A DNA stretch of 40,341 nucleotides. It comes from an uncultured bacterium (GTDB taxonomy: Bacteria; Patescibacteriota; Minisyncoccia; UBA6257; 2-01-FULL-56-20). This document shows, in pieces, positions 1 to 8,581 of the stretch; position 1 is the stretch's first letter, and every line of letters starts with the position of its first letter. The stretch is taken from contig OY970126.1 of NCBI GenBank assembly GCA_963705915.1, forward strand, positions 581,552 to 621,892, read 5' to 3'. The position numbers were made by a program, and so were the translations under genes. The notes under the pieces were generated by a model, which did no database searches, was not told where the DNA came from, and was given only the letters and a program-made list of their open reading frames with translations.

Positions 1-722
1 GAGGCTGACCAATTGAGCGAAACCGTTGAAGTGGTCTTGCTGGTCGCCGCAAGATTTTGAGGGATGGATGGCAAACCTGGGGCACCGCCGCCTTTACCCC
101 CGTTGCCTCCTGAGCCACCATTTCCGCCAGAACCACCACTGCCGCCACTGCCGCCACTGCCACTATTTCCCTGCGCAAGGACTTGATTCAATACCGCTCG
201 AGAAAGCGGTCCAAAGAAACCGGTCTGCGGCAAATTTACTGTCCCCTGCCATGCGGCAACCGCCGCTTCAGTGAGATTGCCAAAGTAGCCAGTGGGGGCG
301 GCGACATTCAGGAATCCGTTCGTGATGAGATATTGCTGAAGCAGAGACACATCGGAACCCGTGTCGCCCACGGTGAGATTGCGTTCGAAGCTGCCATTTC
401 CTGAGCCACCGCCGCTTGTGCCGCTAACGCCAATCTTCGCCCTCGAGAGAGGCCCGAAAAAACCTGTATCCGGAAGGCCGACACTCGCTTGCCATGCGGC
501 AACCGCAGCCTGCGTGAGATCACCAAAGTAGCCGGTGGAGGCACTGATATGCAAAAACCCTCCATCAATCAAAAATTGTTGGAGTGCGGAAACGTCAGAT
601 CCTGTGTCACCAACGGTGAGATCCCGATAATATTGGTACGTCTGTGCCTGCACCACGCCCACCCGAAGATATGCCGCACCAATAATAAGAAAACCAAAGA
701 GAGAAAGCCGAAGGAACTTCAT
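1..722 (-). CDS. Secreted protein with two peptidoglycan-binding (PG_binding_1-like) domains, Gly/Ser linker and start of a fibronectin type III-like domain; truncated by window edge
   Basis: Not in ORF track (runs off the edge). Manual translation from ATG 722: MKFLRLSLFGFLIIGAAYL...AQ signal peptide, two repeats RDLTVGDTGSDV..LQQ.L...G.L....TGYFG.LT.AAVAAWQ...LP.TGFFGPLSRA, GSGGSGG linker, then PSIPQNLAATSKTTSTVSLNWSAS. TATACT -10 at 731-736. Confidence 0.85.
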   Translation of the reverse strand, partial: MKFLRLSLFGFLIIGAAYLRVGVVQAQTYQYYRDLTVGDTGSDVSALQQFLIDGGFLHISASTGYFGDLTQAAVAAWQASVGLPDTGFFGPLSRAKIGVSGTSGGGSGNGSFERNLTVGDTGSDVSLLQQYLITNGFLNVAAPTGYFGNLTEAAVAAWQGTVNLPQTGFFGPLSRAVLNQVLAQGNSGSGGSGGSGGSGGNGGSGGNGGKGGGAPGLPSIPQNLAATSKTTSTVSLNWSA

Positions 723-860
723 ATAGATTCAGTATACCAAATTGCTTTTTCCCAGGCGCTGTGGAAGACCCTATCCGATGAAATGAGCGGGTAAATAGAT
801 GGTAGATGGGGCTAGGAACCTCTATGACAAAAAACTCCAAACTCACAGTCTCTTCTGTTT

Positions 861-1595
861 TTATTGAGTAACAGCTTGACCCAGTGCTCCCGGCGCGGCA
901 GCAAGCCTTCTTTGGATTTCTTTTCCCCATCTGTTGAGCTGTGTCAGTTGGAGTTTGCTCCCTATGTTTTTTTGGAATGCCTTTCCGGCGCCTTCAAGTT
1001 GTTGGATCTGTGGATTCGTGTCGATAAAAAATATTCGATGTCCTTCTGGATTTGCTCTATCTGCGATGATGACGTTGCTCGTGTACCGTGGATTAAAAAG
1101 ATAATTGGCCAGAACCTTATTGCCATAGAGATCGGGGACGTGCCCCTTTTGCTGTCTTGATTCTTCAATGATTTCTTTTGTAGCATCTATGAAACGAAGA
1201 AGCTCTTTCATGAGTGATGGGTCTGCGTAGAGTTCCTCGTCGCTGATTTTATCGATTCCTCTTCCTTCCAATAACCGTTGCAATCGATAAGCGTGAGGAG
1301 TGTCCTTGGAGTTTTCTCTGGCTTTGAAGTAGAGGGTGTCAGGAACAAAGGCGCCAAATTTTTCATGGCCCTTGATAAAGTCGTAAAATTCTTTGCTCTT
1401 TTTCATTTCTTCTTCGGTTGCGAACTCATCCTTTCGCACTTGTTTCAATGCGAACGATTCCGTCTTTTCACCTTTCGGAACTTTGATTTTCCAAACCTTC
1501 GTATCTCGCCCCTGCTCTTCATTCGGTTCAGACTCTTCGATCTGAAGCGGGAGTTCGTTGTTTTCCGGGATTGGTTGTGGCTTCTCGAAGCTCAT
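861..1595 (-). CDS. Hypothetical protein, possible divergent protein-kinase-like fold
   Basis: 244-aa ORF; motifs in kinase order: FALK, EEEMKK helix, FVPDT, LQRLLEG, HVPDLYG...SNVII, IFFIDTN. CDS is confident; fold is inference. Confidence 0.6.
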   Translation of the reverse strand: MSFEKPQPIPENNELPLQIEESEPNEEQGRDTKVWKIKVPKGEKTESFALKQVRKDEFATEEEMKKSKEFYDFIKGHEKFGAFVPDTLYFKARENSKDTPHAYRLQRLLEGRGIDKISDEELYADPSLMKELLRFIDATKEIIEESRQQKGHVPDLYGNKVLANYLFNPRYTSNVIIADRANPEGHRIFFIDTNPQIQQLEGAGKAFQKNIGSKLQLTQLNRWGKEIQRRLAAAPGALGQAVTQ

Positions 1596-1672
1596 TTATT
1601 TAAATGATATCACACGCCGAAGGGGCTTCTGCACGCCAGAAGCACCTTGTAGCAGCAGTCACGATCGGCACC

Positions 1673-1702
1673 TTGACAAGCTATCTTATAATATGCTATG
1701 AT
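1673..1702 (+). promoter_or_regulatory. Sigma70-type promoter
   Basis: TTGACA 1673-1678, 18-nt spacer, TGnTATGAT ending 1702. Confidence 0.6.
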
Positions 1703-1736
1703 ATGTCCAGTGCTTGAAATTTCAAGAGGAGGCGTT

Positions 1737-1967
1737 ATGGCAAAGCCGAAAATTTTGGATCGGGTTGTGGGTGCTTGTCCATGGGCGGCTGTCACATTCT
1801 TTATCATCGCTGCGGCTGGCGTGTGCGTGACCGGGAAATCGGCATGGATGCTCTTTTTCGTCCCAATGTTGGTCTGCGTGATCATTCTTATGGGCCGCAC
1901 TGCGTGGTTGGGGTCTCAGATAAAAGGTTATGGACCTTACGGGCGTGGATCTGGCCGGCACAGATAG
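1737..1967 (+). CDS. Small two-TM membrane protein (76 aa)
   Basis: ATG 1737 after GGAGG 1728-1732; two hydrophobic stretches; own promoter and terminator. Confidence 0.6.
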   Translation: MAKPKILDRVVGACPWAAVTFFIIAAAGVCVTGKSAWMLFFVPMLVCVIILMGRTAWLGSQIKGYGPYGRGSGRHR

Positions 1968-1988
1968 GGATGAACGTGCACAAGTACG

Positions 1989-2019
1989 GCCACGACAAAA
2001 TTGTCGTGGCTTTTTCTTT
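1989..2019 (+). terminator. Intrinsic terminator
   Basis: GCCACGACAA/TTGTCGTGGC stem followed by TTTTTCTTT. Confidence 0.75.
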
Positions 2020-2060
2020 ATCTCTAAATATCTCCACGACATAGCCCTTATGATTAACTG

Positions 2061-2132
2061 AGCGGGTAACGGGAGTCGAACCCGTATCTCGACCTTGGCA
2101 AGGTCGCATAATAGCCGCTATACGATACCCGC
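2061..2132 (-). tRNA. tRNA-Gly(GCC), CCA not encoded
   Basis: Reverse complement GCGGGTATCGTATAGCGGCTATTATGCGACCTTGCCAAGGTCGAGATACGGGTTCGACTCCCGTTACCCGCT; anticodon arm CGACC-TTGCCAA-GGTCG; U73. Confidence 0.95.
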
Positions 2133-2178
2133 TTACTGAACCATTCTATTGATTTTGAGAAAAATATCAATCGCAGCC

Positions 2179-2469
2179 TTACCCCGGCGGCGGGCTTGAC
2201 GGTCCGATCATATGCGGCGGACTCGTGGGGCCATGAAAGCTAGACGATGAAGAGCTGCTCGGCCCAGATGGCAATCCAGCCGGCGTACCGGTTGTTGTAT
2301 TGGTTGGCGAACTAGCACTGAGCGCGGCGGTTCCCGATGCCCCAGGCGGTGGCACGCCCGGCCCAACAAATGGCGGTGGGGTCGAATGCGCATAAAAAAG
2401 ATACCACACAAGGCCAACAATAATGACGGCACCAAGCACAAGCCACCACACAAACTCTTTTCTTTTCAT
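2179..2469 (-). CDS. Small membrane-anchored Pro/Ser/Gly-rich protein
   Basis: N-terminal TM helix then low-complexity tail; TATACT 7 nt before ATG. Confidence 0.7.
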   Translation of the reverse strand: MKRKEFVWWLVLGAVIIVGLVWYLFYAHSTPPPFVGPGVPPPGASGTAALSASSPTNTTTGTPAGLPSGPSSSSSSSFHGPTSPPHMIGPSSPPPG

Positions 2470-2496
2470 ATCAACCAGTATACCCCATCCCCCGTC

Positions 2497-3501
2497 TTAT
2501 TCTCCGCTCTGGACCGTCTCATACACTGCGTGTGAAATGTCGGCAATCGTCTGCTCTTGCCCGCCGAGGCTGGCATTGCCACGTGTCATCACGCAAAGAA
2601 GATATGAATGATCGGGCGCATATACGATGCCGCAGTCATGAAGCTCGCGCTCGGTCACCGTCGTTCCGCTATAAAACGAAACGATGCCAAACTTGTGCGC
2701 AACGACCGTCGAACTCGGCACGCCGGCAACAAGGCCTTGCGTGAAGCTCGTTTGGGTCATAAGATTGAGCGCCGCCTCAGAATCATCTCGCGAAAGATAG
2801 GTTGAATTATAGAGCGTGCGGAAAAGAATTGAATATTGTTGCGGCGTCATAAAATCAAGCGTCGTCGTCGTGACATCGTTATTCACCGGAATCTGCAAGT
2901 CGGAATAAATACTCGCAAGGTCTTGTTGGTTCACAAGATTATAGAGCAACTGCGCCGCATTGTTATCGGAATATTTAATCATATATTGAAGCAGTTGGCC
3001 CACGGTGTAGGTTTGCCCCGGAACGATCGCCTGTTCCGGTTGGATTTCTTGCTGCCCGTTCAAATCCTGGCTGCCGAGAGGATAGGTCACCTTCTCATTT
3101 AAAAGCGTGCTCGAACTTTCTGCGAGTTCATAAAACGCCATGAGAATCGGCACCTTACCCAAACTTGACGGATAATATTTGTCGGTGGGATTCACTGCGG
3201 ACCAGTGGCCCGTTGAAAAGTCGGCGAAGTAGGTTGAAGCCGAGGTGATATCACCAGCCTGCTCGTGTTCGTTCACGACCGACTGAATTGCCTTCGTGAC
3301 ATTCAACGCCTGCGGAAATGCTTTTGCCGCATTACACGAAAGGAGCGGACTGATATAGGAATATTGAGCTTCCGTGAGCCGAAGCGGAAGTGAAACTTGC
3401 TGGGCTCCGTTTGATGCAACGCCCTTCGTAATCCACCCCGCACCAAAAGCCACTGCGGCGACAAGGACGATGATAGCCCAAAACCGACCCCTGGATTTCA
3501 T
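2497..3501 (-). CDS. Class A beta-lactamase-fold serine hydrolase (Beta-lactamase2-like), membrane-anchored
   Basis: SxxK (SLGK), SDN (YSDNNA), KTG-equivalent (HKFG), HDCGIVY; N-terminal TM. Confidence 0.85.
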   Translation of the reverse strand: MKSRGRFWAIIVLVAAVAFGAGWITKGVASNGAQQVSLPLRLTEAQYSYISPLLSCNAAKAFPQALNVTKAIQSVVNEHEQAGDITSASTYFADFSTGHWSAVNPTDKYYPSSLGKVPILMAFYELAESSSTLLNEKVTYPLGSQDLNGQQEIQPEQAIVPGQTYTVGQLLQYMIKYSDNNAAQLLYNLVNQQDLASIYSDLQIPVNNDVTTTTLDFMTPQQYSILFRTLYNSTYLSRDDSEAALNLMTQTSFTQGLVAGVPSSTVVAHKFGIVSFYSGTTVTERELHDCGIVYAPDHSYLLCVMTRGNASLGGQEQTIADISHAVYETVQSGE

Positions 3502-3562
3502 GATGATAATTCTATATACGAACCATTACTTTGAATAGGTTCTATTAAGCAGTGTCAACTGA

Positions 3563-3637
3563 TGGTGCCCCCGCGAGGAATCGAACCTCGATTACAAGAT
3601 CCGCAATCTTGCGTCCTATCCGTTGAACGACGAGGGC
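3563..3637 (-). tRNA. tRNA-Arg(GCG), CCA encoded
   Basis: Reverse complement GCCCTCGTCGTTCAACGGATAGGACGCAAGATTGCGGATCTTGTAATCGAGGTTCGATTCCTCGCGGGGGCACCA; anticodon arm CAAGA-TTGCGGA-TCTTG. Confidence 0.93.
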
Positions 3638-3667
3638 TAATCGCCTGTTCCCTGTTGGATGATGATA

Positions 3668-4135
3668 CTAGAACCGCAGGAACTTTTCAATCGCGTCGAG
3701 GAGCGATGGCTGATGTTCTATCTCCTTCAGCACAGGTTTGAAATTGAGGCGCAGGTCTGCAATCTTTTCGGTGGGAAAGAGAACTTTAAGCGCGGGCTTC
3801 ACGCTCGAGCGGAAATAGAGATACAGTTCGGTCCAATCGTCATTCTGCGTTTCCGAACTCCACGCCTCGAATTCTTTGAAGCCATAAAATTTACTGTCGT
3901 CGATGGCGAGGCCTTGGTCGTCGATCTTGAATGCAATGAGGCGTGGTGCACGATTGCCCCACACAATGAAAAGGATCTCCGCAACGACGATAAAAAAACC
4001 GAAGAGAAAGTTCCTGAACCAAACGGCGAACGCGATGAATAGCGCGGCCGTGATGATCGAAACCCAATACCACGAAACATCTTTTTCCCGATATTCAAAT
4101 TCTGGTGCGTCCCATGCTAATTCGAATGATGCCAT
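3668..4135 (-). CDS. Conserved two-TM membrane protein (DUF5673-like, PH-like C-terminus)
   Basis: WDAPEFEYREKDVSWYW N-terminus, two TMs, soluble beta-rich tail; family recognised from memory. Confidence 0.75.
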   Translation of the reverse strand: MASFELAWDAPEFEYREKDVSWYWVSIITAALFIAFAVWFRNFLFGFFIVVAEILFIVWGNRAPRLIAFKIDDQGLAIDDSKFYGFKEFEAWSSETQNDDWTELYLYFRSSVKPALKVLFPTEKIADLRLNFKPVLKEIEHQPSLLDAIEKFLRF

Positions 4136-4160
4136 GACTTCATTTTACCACGCACAAAGC

Positions 4161-4184
4161 AAAACCACTCCGCCGGGGAGTGGT
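4161..4184 (-). terminator. Terminator of hup
   Basis: ACCACTCC/GGAGTGGT stem with A-run (U-run on minus) at 4161-4164. Confidence 0.65.
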
Positions 4185-4216
4185 CTGCTTTCTTGAAAAA
4201 GGATCCTTTTCCAAAT

Positions 4217-4492
4217 TTAGAGAACTGCTTCCTTGAGAAGCTTGCCGGCGCGAAACTTTGGCTTCACCGACGCCTTAATCTGAATCTTCTCACCGGTCTT
4301 CGGGTTGCGGCCTTCGCGCGCTGCACGCTTCGCAACACGGAATGTACCGAAACCTGCAATCGCCACCTCTTCGCCGTGTCCCAGCGTCTTTACGATGGTA
4401 TCGAAAAGGGCTTCAACGGCACGCTCCGATTCGGCTTTGGTTTGCATCCCTGCGGCCTTCATGACCGCTTCTACCAATCCTTTTTTGTTCAT
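4217..4492 (-). CDS. hup: DNA-binding protein HU
   Basis: MNKKGLV...GFGTFRV..RAAREGRNPKTGEKIQIKAS..PKFRAGK. Confidence 0.97.
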   Translation of the reverse strand: MNKKGLVEAVMKAAGMQTKAESERAVEALFDTIVKTLGHGEEVAIAGFGTFRVAKRAAREGRNPKTGEKIQIKASVKPKFRAGKLLKEAVL

Positions 4493-4587
4493 TTTTTGGA
4501 TAGATGGTATTTCCGACCTTTACGATAGCTCCCAACCATTATAGCAAATACAAGGCTTTTTCGCGCAAGAGGCGAGATCCCGAATCC

Positions 4588-4625
4588 AAAACACAAAACC
4601 ACCCAGCCGTAAAGCTGGGTGGTTT
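4588..4625 (-). terminator. Terminator of the large surface-protein gene
   Basis: 12-bp stem AAACCACCCAGC (4596-4607)/GCTGGGTGGTTT (4614-4625) with A-rich left flank. Confidence 0.8.
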
Positions 4626-4668
4626 GCGTTTCGCATAGCGTCACAAGCGCTAGGCGAAGATCAAGTCA

Positions 4669-7600
4669 CTAGTCGCCTTGAGCGTACGTGACGGAGTTGA
4701 CCGTTATCGGGACTGAGACAGATGGGAGGTTCAAGCCCGAGGTCGAGCTTGCATCCAAACCATCCGTGTAGGTCACACTGCTGGCATTCTGGAGGTTCGC
4801 TGAAAGCGATTCCGAAACACCGCTGATACCCGGGACAACCGTCGAGTTCAAGCGAAGCGTGAATGTGTACGAGTTACCAGAGGAGATCTGGAAGCCAGAT
4901 GTGGCGTTGCCAAAGGTCCACTGTACAACACCCGTGCCCGGGAACGATTCCGTTCCATTATCGATCGACGGACTCACCGCATTGCCATTCTGGTCAATGA
5001 GCGAGATGGTCGAACTCGTGAAGAGCGGGGTGAAGACCGTACTCGATGAATCACTGAAGGTGACCGTGATGACGTTCAAGGCAGCCGGTCCGGCCGAGTT
5101 CGCGGTGAGCGTAATCGTGCCGAAGTTATCTGGATTGGCCTTTGAGCGTCCACTCTGCACTCCAAGCGGAGCTGCAGTCGCCGTCACCACCGTGCGAAGC
5201 ACCGTGTTCTGGTTGCCATTCGCGCTTGAGAGCGACACCGTTGCAGGCTTGTTCGAAGTTGCGCCAAGAGCAACAACTGTCGATGTGACATTCGAGTTGA
5301 AGGAGTCAGTCGTTGTGGCAATCTCAAGCTGGTGGACAGTGTTGTCCGTTGCACCCTGAGAACCATACGAGGCAGCATCACCCTTCAAAGTGACGGATAC
5401 CGAGTTCGCCTGTGGGACGATGATCGGCGTTCCGAGGTTGAAGGTGTAGATGTAACCAGTACCTGACGCATCAGCTGTCGGAGAACCAGCCGTACCGAGC
5501 AACGTCGAACCATTCCACAACTGGAGGTTACTGAATGCAGCCTTCACGGATGAAGTCTCATTCACCGTACCAACCGTTGCGGTGCTCGTACCGACCAAGT
5601 CGACAACGTTCAAGGTTGTAACCTTTACGTTTTCGATGTTGGAGGTTTCCGTGAAGCGATAGACGCCCAAGGTATTACCCGTGGAGCCCATCACAACCTG
5701 ACCTGCCGGAGGTTCAGTTGAGTCAGCGGATACCGTGATTGACGGTGAACCACCGAAGCTCAAGTTCTGACCATTGACAGAGTTGCAGCTGATTGAGCTG
5801 TACGAAATCTGGCCCGTTGCTGAGCAGCCCGTAAGCTTGGTAGCTGGCGAGACTGTGCCTGAGTCAGATGACAATGTATCAGCATACACATCAACATTCA
5901 CGGTGCTGCCAGCTGGAACGACAAACGGCGTACCTGAGAAGGTGTAGGTCGCCGTTGAGGAGACCACGCCTTGAGTCGTACCGAACTGAGTTCCATTCAC
6001 CATCACGTGGAGGTTCTGGAAATCATTTGTGCCAGCATTCGGGCTAACTTGGACGCTCAAGTTGTTAACGTTAACACCCTGAGCTGAAGCAGCCTGGAAC
6101 GAGTAGGAGCCAATTCTCTGGTTGGTTACACCAGCCGAGACATTCTGACTGCCCAACGCGTTGTTCTGGCTGACCGTCAAGCTCGACTGAACGAGCGTGA
6201 GAGCCGTGCCGTTCGCACCACCCGAGCTATTCGTCTGGCTCGAGATAACACCCTGAAGGTTGTTAGTCTCGCCCAAGAGATTAGCCGTGACAGTGGAGAA
6301 GTTTGCACCAGCCTGGATGTCAGCCTTGAGAGTCAAGACACGGGTCGTGTTCGCCGGAACCTGATAGTTGATCGGCGAACCTGACGTACCAAAACAATCA
6401 ACATAGGTAATCGCTCCACCAGTGAGAGCGCTTGATCCAGCACCTGAGGTCGTGTAACCAGAGGAAGTGATTGACTGGGTATTCGCATCACAGGAATTGC
6501 CTGACGGAGGATTATTGATTGTTGAACCAATCTGACCACCGGCATCATCCGTGAGCGCAATGTTCTTGACCATTGCGGCAAGAGAGGTATCCGAAGCGGT
6601 ATTCACACCCGTGAAGACCAAATCGAAACCAAGGAACTTGACGCGAACCGGTTCACCAGCCGCATAGATATCAAATTTCGCGAGCGGGACCTGCGAGACG
6701 CCAACGGCAATATTGCCAGTCGGAGTGCTCGCATCCTGCGTGAGCGTAATCTGACCCTGTTGGATGGTGATCTGAGTGCCACCGCTCGTGTTCGAGATCT
6801 GAACCGGAACATTGTACTGGCTGTCAACAGCCAAGACATCGTAGCCGTTCAAGATTTCAAACGTGAAGTTGTACGACGGAGAACCCATGACATCCGAGAA
6901 AACTTGGATGTTATTGGAGCCCGTGTTCAATTGCACCGGAGCGGACGACAAGTTGAAGTAGGCCTGGCCGTTCGAAGGAACCGCAGACAACGTCGCACCG
7001 ACCTGCGTGCCGTTCACTTCGAGCTTCACGTTCTGAAGGTTCGCGACATTCGCGGAACCGATAACGTGGAAGTTAATCGATTGAAGCCACACCGGGTCGT
7101 TGTTGACGTTGAAGTTCCATTGTCCGACGAGGTTGTCCTGCGTACCAGCCGTCACCTGATTTCCAATTGAGGAGATCGATGATGACACGGTCGCAAGCGA
7201 CGGATTCGAGACGGTCGTTACCGTGAACGTATTGCCGTTCAACGGGAAATTGCCCGTCGGCGTCACCGCCGTGTTGTTGCTGCCAGTCCAAGCGGTAATG
7301 TCTGAGGCGCTCTGGAGAGAGAAGCCCGTGGTGTTACCAGCCGAGAGGCCACTACCAACGTCGATCGCGAACGTGAATTCCTGGGTCTGACCGGCGCCGA
7401 TGCTCCAGTTCAAGCCTGAGAATGTGATCACGCCGTTGTTGATCGAGTTGTACTGCGCAATCACCTGGCCATTCTGAATAAGATATGCGCCAGAGACTGC
7501 ATCATCCGACAAAACGCCAGTCTTGTGGATGTTGATCTGCGTTACCGTCACTGCACCGGCGTTACCGGCCGTGAGGTCAAACGAGAAGACCGGGACGCGA

Positions 7601-8172
7601 GCTGCGCCCGAGCCGTTGCCGGAGCTTGTGATAAGCGAACCGGCTGCCGGGTTATCCGAGGCCAAGCTCACCGAAAGACCGGTGGCCGGAGCCTGCGAAC
7701 CCGAACTGCCACTCGAACCGGACGAACCGGACGAGCCCGATGAACCGGTGCTCATCGCATTAACGAATGCCCTGGTCTTAGGACCAAAGTATCCTGCTGC
7801 AGGAGAGATCCCGTTCGCCGCCTGGAAGGCCGCGACGGCTGCCTGTGTGAGGGAGCCGAAGTAACCTGTCGGAGCGGAGATCTTGAGATAACCCTCGTTG
7901 ATCATCAACTGCTGGAGCGTGGTGACGTCAGAACCTGTTGAACCCACGGTGAGGTCGCGGGTAAAGTCGTACGTCATTGCACCCGTCGAAGACGAGCTGC
8001 TCCCATTGAGTTGAGCTTGCAGCTGTTGAATCTGCGCGAGGAGCGCGGCGATCTGGGCTTGTAAGTCCTGAGTCGATTGCGCATTCGCGAGAGGCAACGC
8101 AGCTACTCCGAGCATCGACAACATTGTCGTTGCTGTAAGTATTGCTGCAAAAACCTTTTTAGTTTTACTCAT
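4669..8172 (-). CDS. Large secreted surface protein (S-layer-like) with N-terminal coiled coil and peptidoglycan-binding domain
   Basis: 1167 aa; signal peptide ending ANA-Q; LQAQIAALLAQIQQLQAQL; PG-binding motif RDLTVGSTGSDV..LQQ...TGYFGSLTQAAVAAFQ; (GSS)n linker; repeated beta-rich modules rich in S/T/N/G/V. Confidence 0.88.
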   Translation of the reverse strand: MSKTKKVFAAILTATTMLSMLGVAALPLANAQSTQDLQAQIAALLAQIQQLQAQLNGSSSSSTGAMTYDFTRDLTVGSTGSDVTTLQQLMINEGYLKISAPTGYFGSLTQAAVAAFQAANGISPAAGYFGPKTRAFVNAMSTGSSGSSGSSGSSGSSGSQAPATGLSVSLASDNPAAGSLITSSGNGSGAARVPVFSFDLTAGNAGAVTVTQINIHKTGVLSDDAVSGAYLIQNGQVIAQYNSINNGVITFSGLNWSIGAGQTQEFTFAIDVGSGLSAGNTTGFSLQSASDITAWTGSNNTAVTPTGNFPLNGNTFTVTTVSNPSLATVSSSISSIGNQVTAGTQDNLVGQWNFNVNNDPVWLQSINFHVIGSANVANLQNVKLEVNGTQVGATLSAVPSNGQAYFNLSSAPVQLNTGSNNIQVFSDVMGSPSYNFTFEILNGYDVLAVDSQYNVPVQISNTSGGTQITIQQGQITLTQDASTPTGNIAVGVSQVPLAKFDIYAAGEPVRVKFLGFDLVFTGVNTASDTSLAAMVKNIALTDDAGGQIGSTINNPPSGNSCDANTQSITSSGYTTSGAGSSALTGGAITYVDCFGTSGSPINYQVPANTTRVLTLKADIQAGANFSTVTANLLGETNNLQGVISSQTNSSGGANGTALTLVQSSLTVSQNNALGSQNVSAGVTNQRIGSYSFQAASAQGVNVNNLSVQVSPNAGTNDFQNLHVMVNGTQFGTTQGVVSSTATYTFSGTPFVVPAGSTVNVDVYADTLSSDSGTVSPATKLTGCSATGQISYSSISCNSVNGQNLSFGGSPSITVSADSTEPPAGQVVMGSTGNTLGVYRFTETSNIENVKVTTLNVVDLVGTSTATVGTVNETSSVKAAFSNLQLWNGSTLLGTAGSPTADASGTGYIYTFNLGTPIIVPQANSVSVTLKGDAASYGSQGATDNTVHQLEIATTTDSFNSNVTSTVVALGATSNKPATVSLSSANGNQNTVLRTVVTATAAPLGVQSGRSKANPDNFGTITLTANSAGPAALNVITVTFSDSSSTVFTPLFTSSTISLIDQNGNAVSPSIDNGTESFPGTGVVQWTFGNATSGFQISSGNSYTFTLRLNSTVVPGISGVSESLSANLQNASSVTYTDGLDASSTSGLNLPSVSVPITVNSVTYAQGD

Positions 8173-8390
8173 GGTTAATTATTTTTTCGACAATTTGATT
8201 TGATTATCGACCATACGATCTTTTTAAAGAGATCGGATGACGTCGACCTTTTCCGTATATCGATATCGCTTGCACGACATCGATTCCGTAACTTATTAAT
8301 TCTGGAATCGCTCGCCATCGTCATTCGCGATCGTTTGCTCTGTGAGGTAGATCAATCGATCGGCGAAATCTGATGACGAACGAGGTTAAT
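8173..8390 (-). promoter_or_regulatory. Long structured 5' leader of the surface-protein gene
   Basis: Hairpins at 8216-8235, 8281-8310 and 8311-8384; no ORF; possible -10 TACGAT at 8391-8396. Confidence 0.5.
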
Positions 8391-8397
8391 ATCGTAT

Positions 8398-8510
8398 AAA
8401 AGAAAACGCCCGCACTTTGCGGGTGAGGCGACTTCAAAATGCACATACTCCAGGACCCAAAAACCCTCCACTACTCTTGCATTTTGATACGGCCTCACAC
8501 CGTACCTTTA
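8398..8510 (-). ncRNA. Candidate small RNA or attenuator
   Basis: TATAAT (8517-8522), long stem GTGAGGC..TCAAAATGCA/TGCATTTTGA..GCCTCAC, then CCCGCA/TGCGGG hairpin and TTTTCTTTT. Confidence 0.45.
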
Positions 8511-8552
8511 CATGCTATTATAACGTGACTATTCGGAGAAAGGTTACCCCGT

Positions 8553-8581
8553 TTATCCACTTTTAACCGATGTTTTCCACA
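8553..8581 (+). promoter_or_regulatory. Two DnaA-box-like 9-mers
   Basis: TTATCCACT (8553-8561, one mismatch) and TTTTCCACA (8573-8581, fits TTWTNCACA), same orientation, 20 bp apart. Confidence 0.4.

Noticed and set aside
121-165. Tandem 9-bp repeats CCACTGCCG (and similar units at about 7700-7745)
   Set aside because: Explained by Gly-Gly-Ser / Gly-Ser-Ser linker coding, in a single frame
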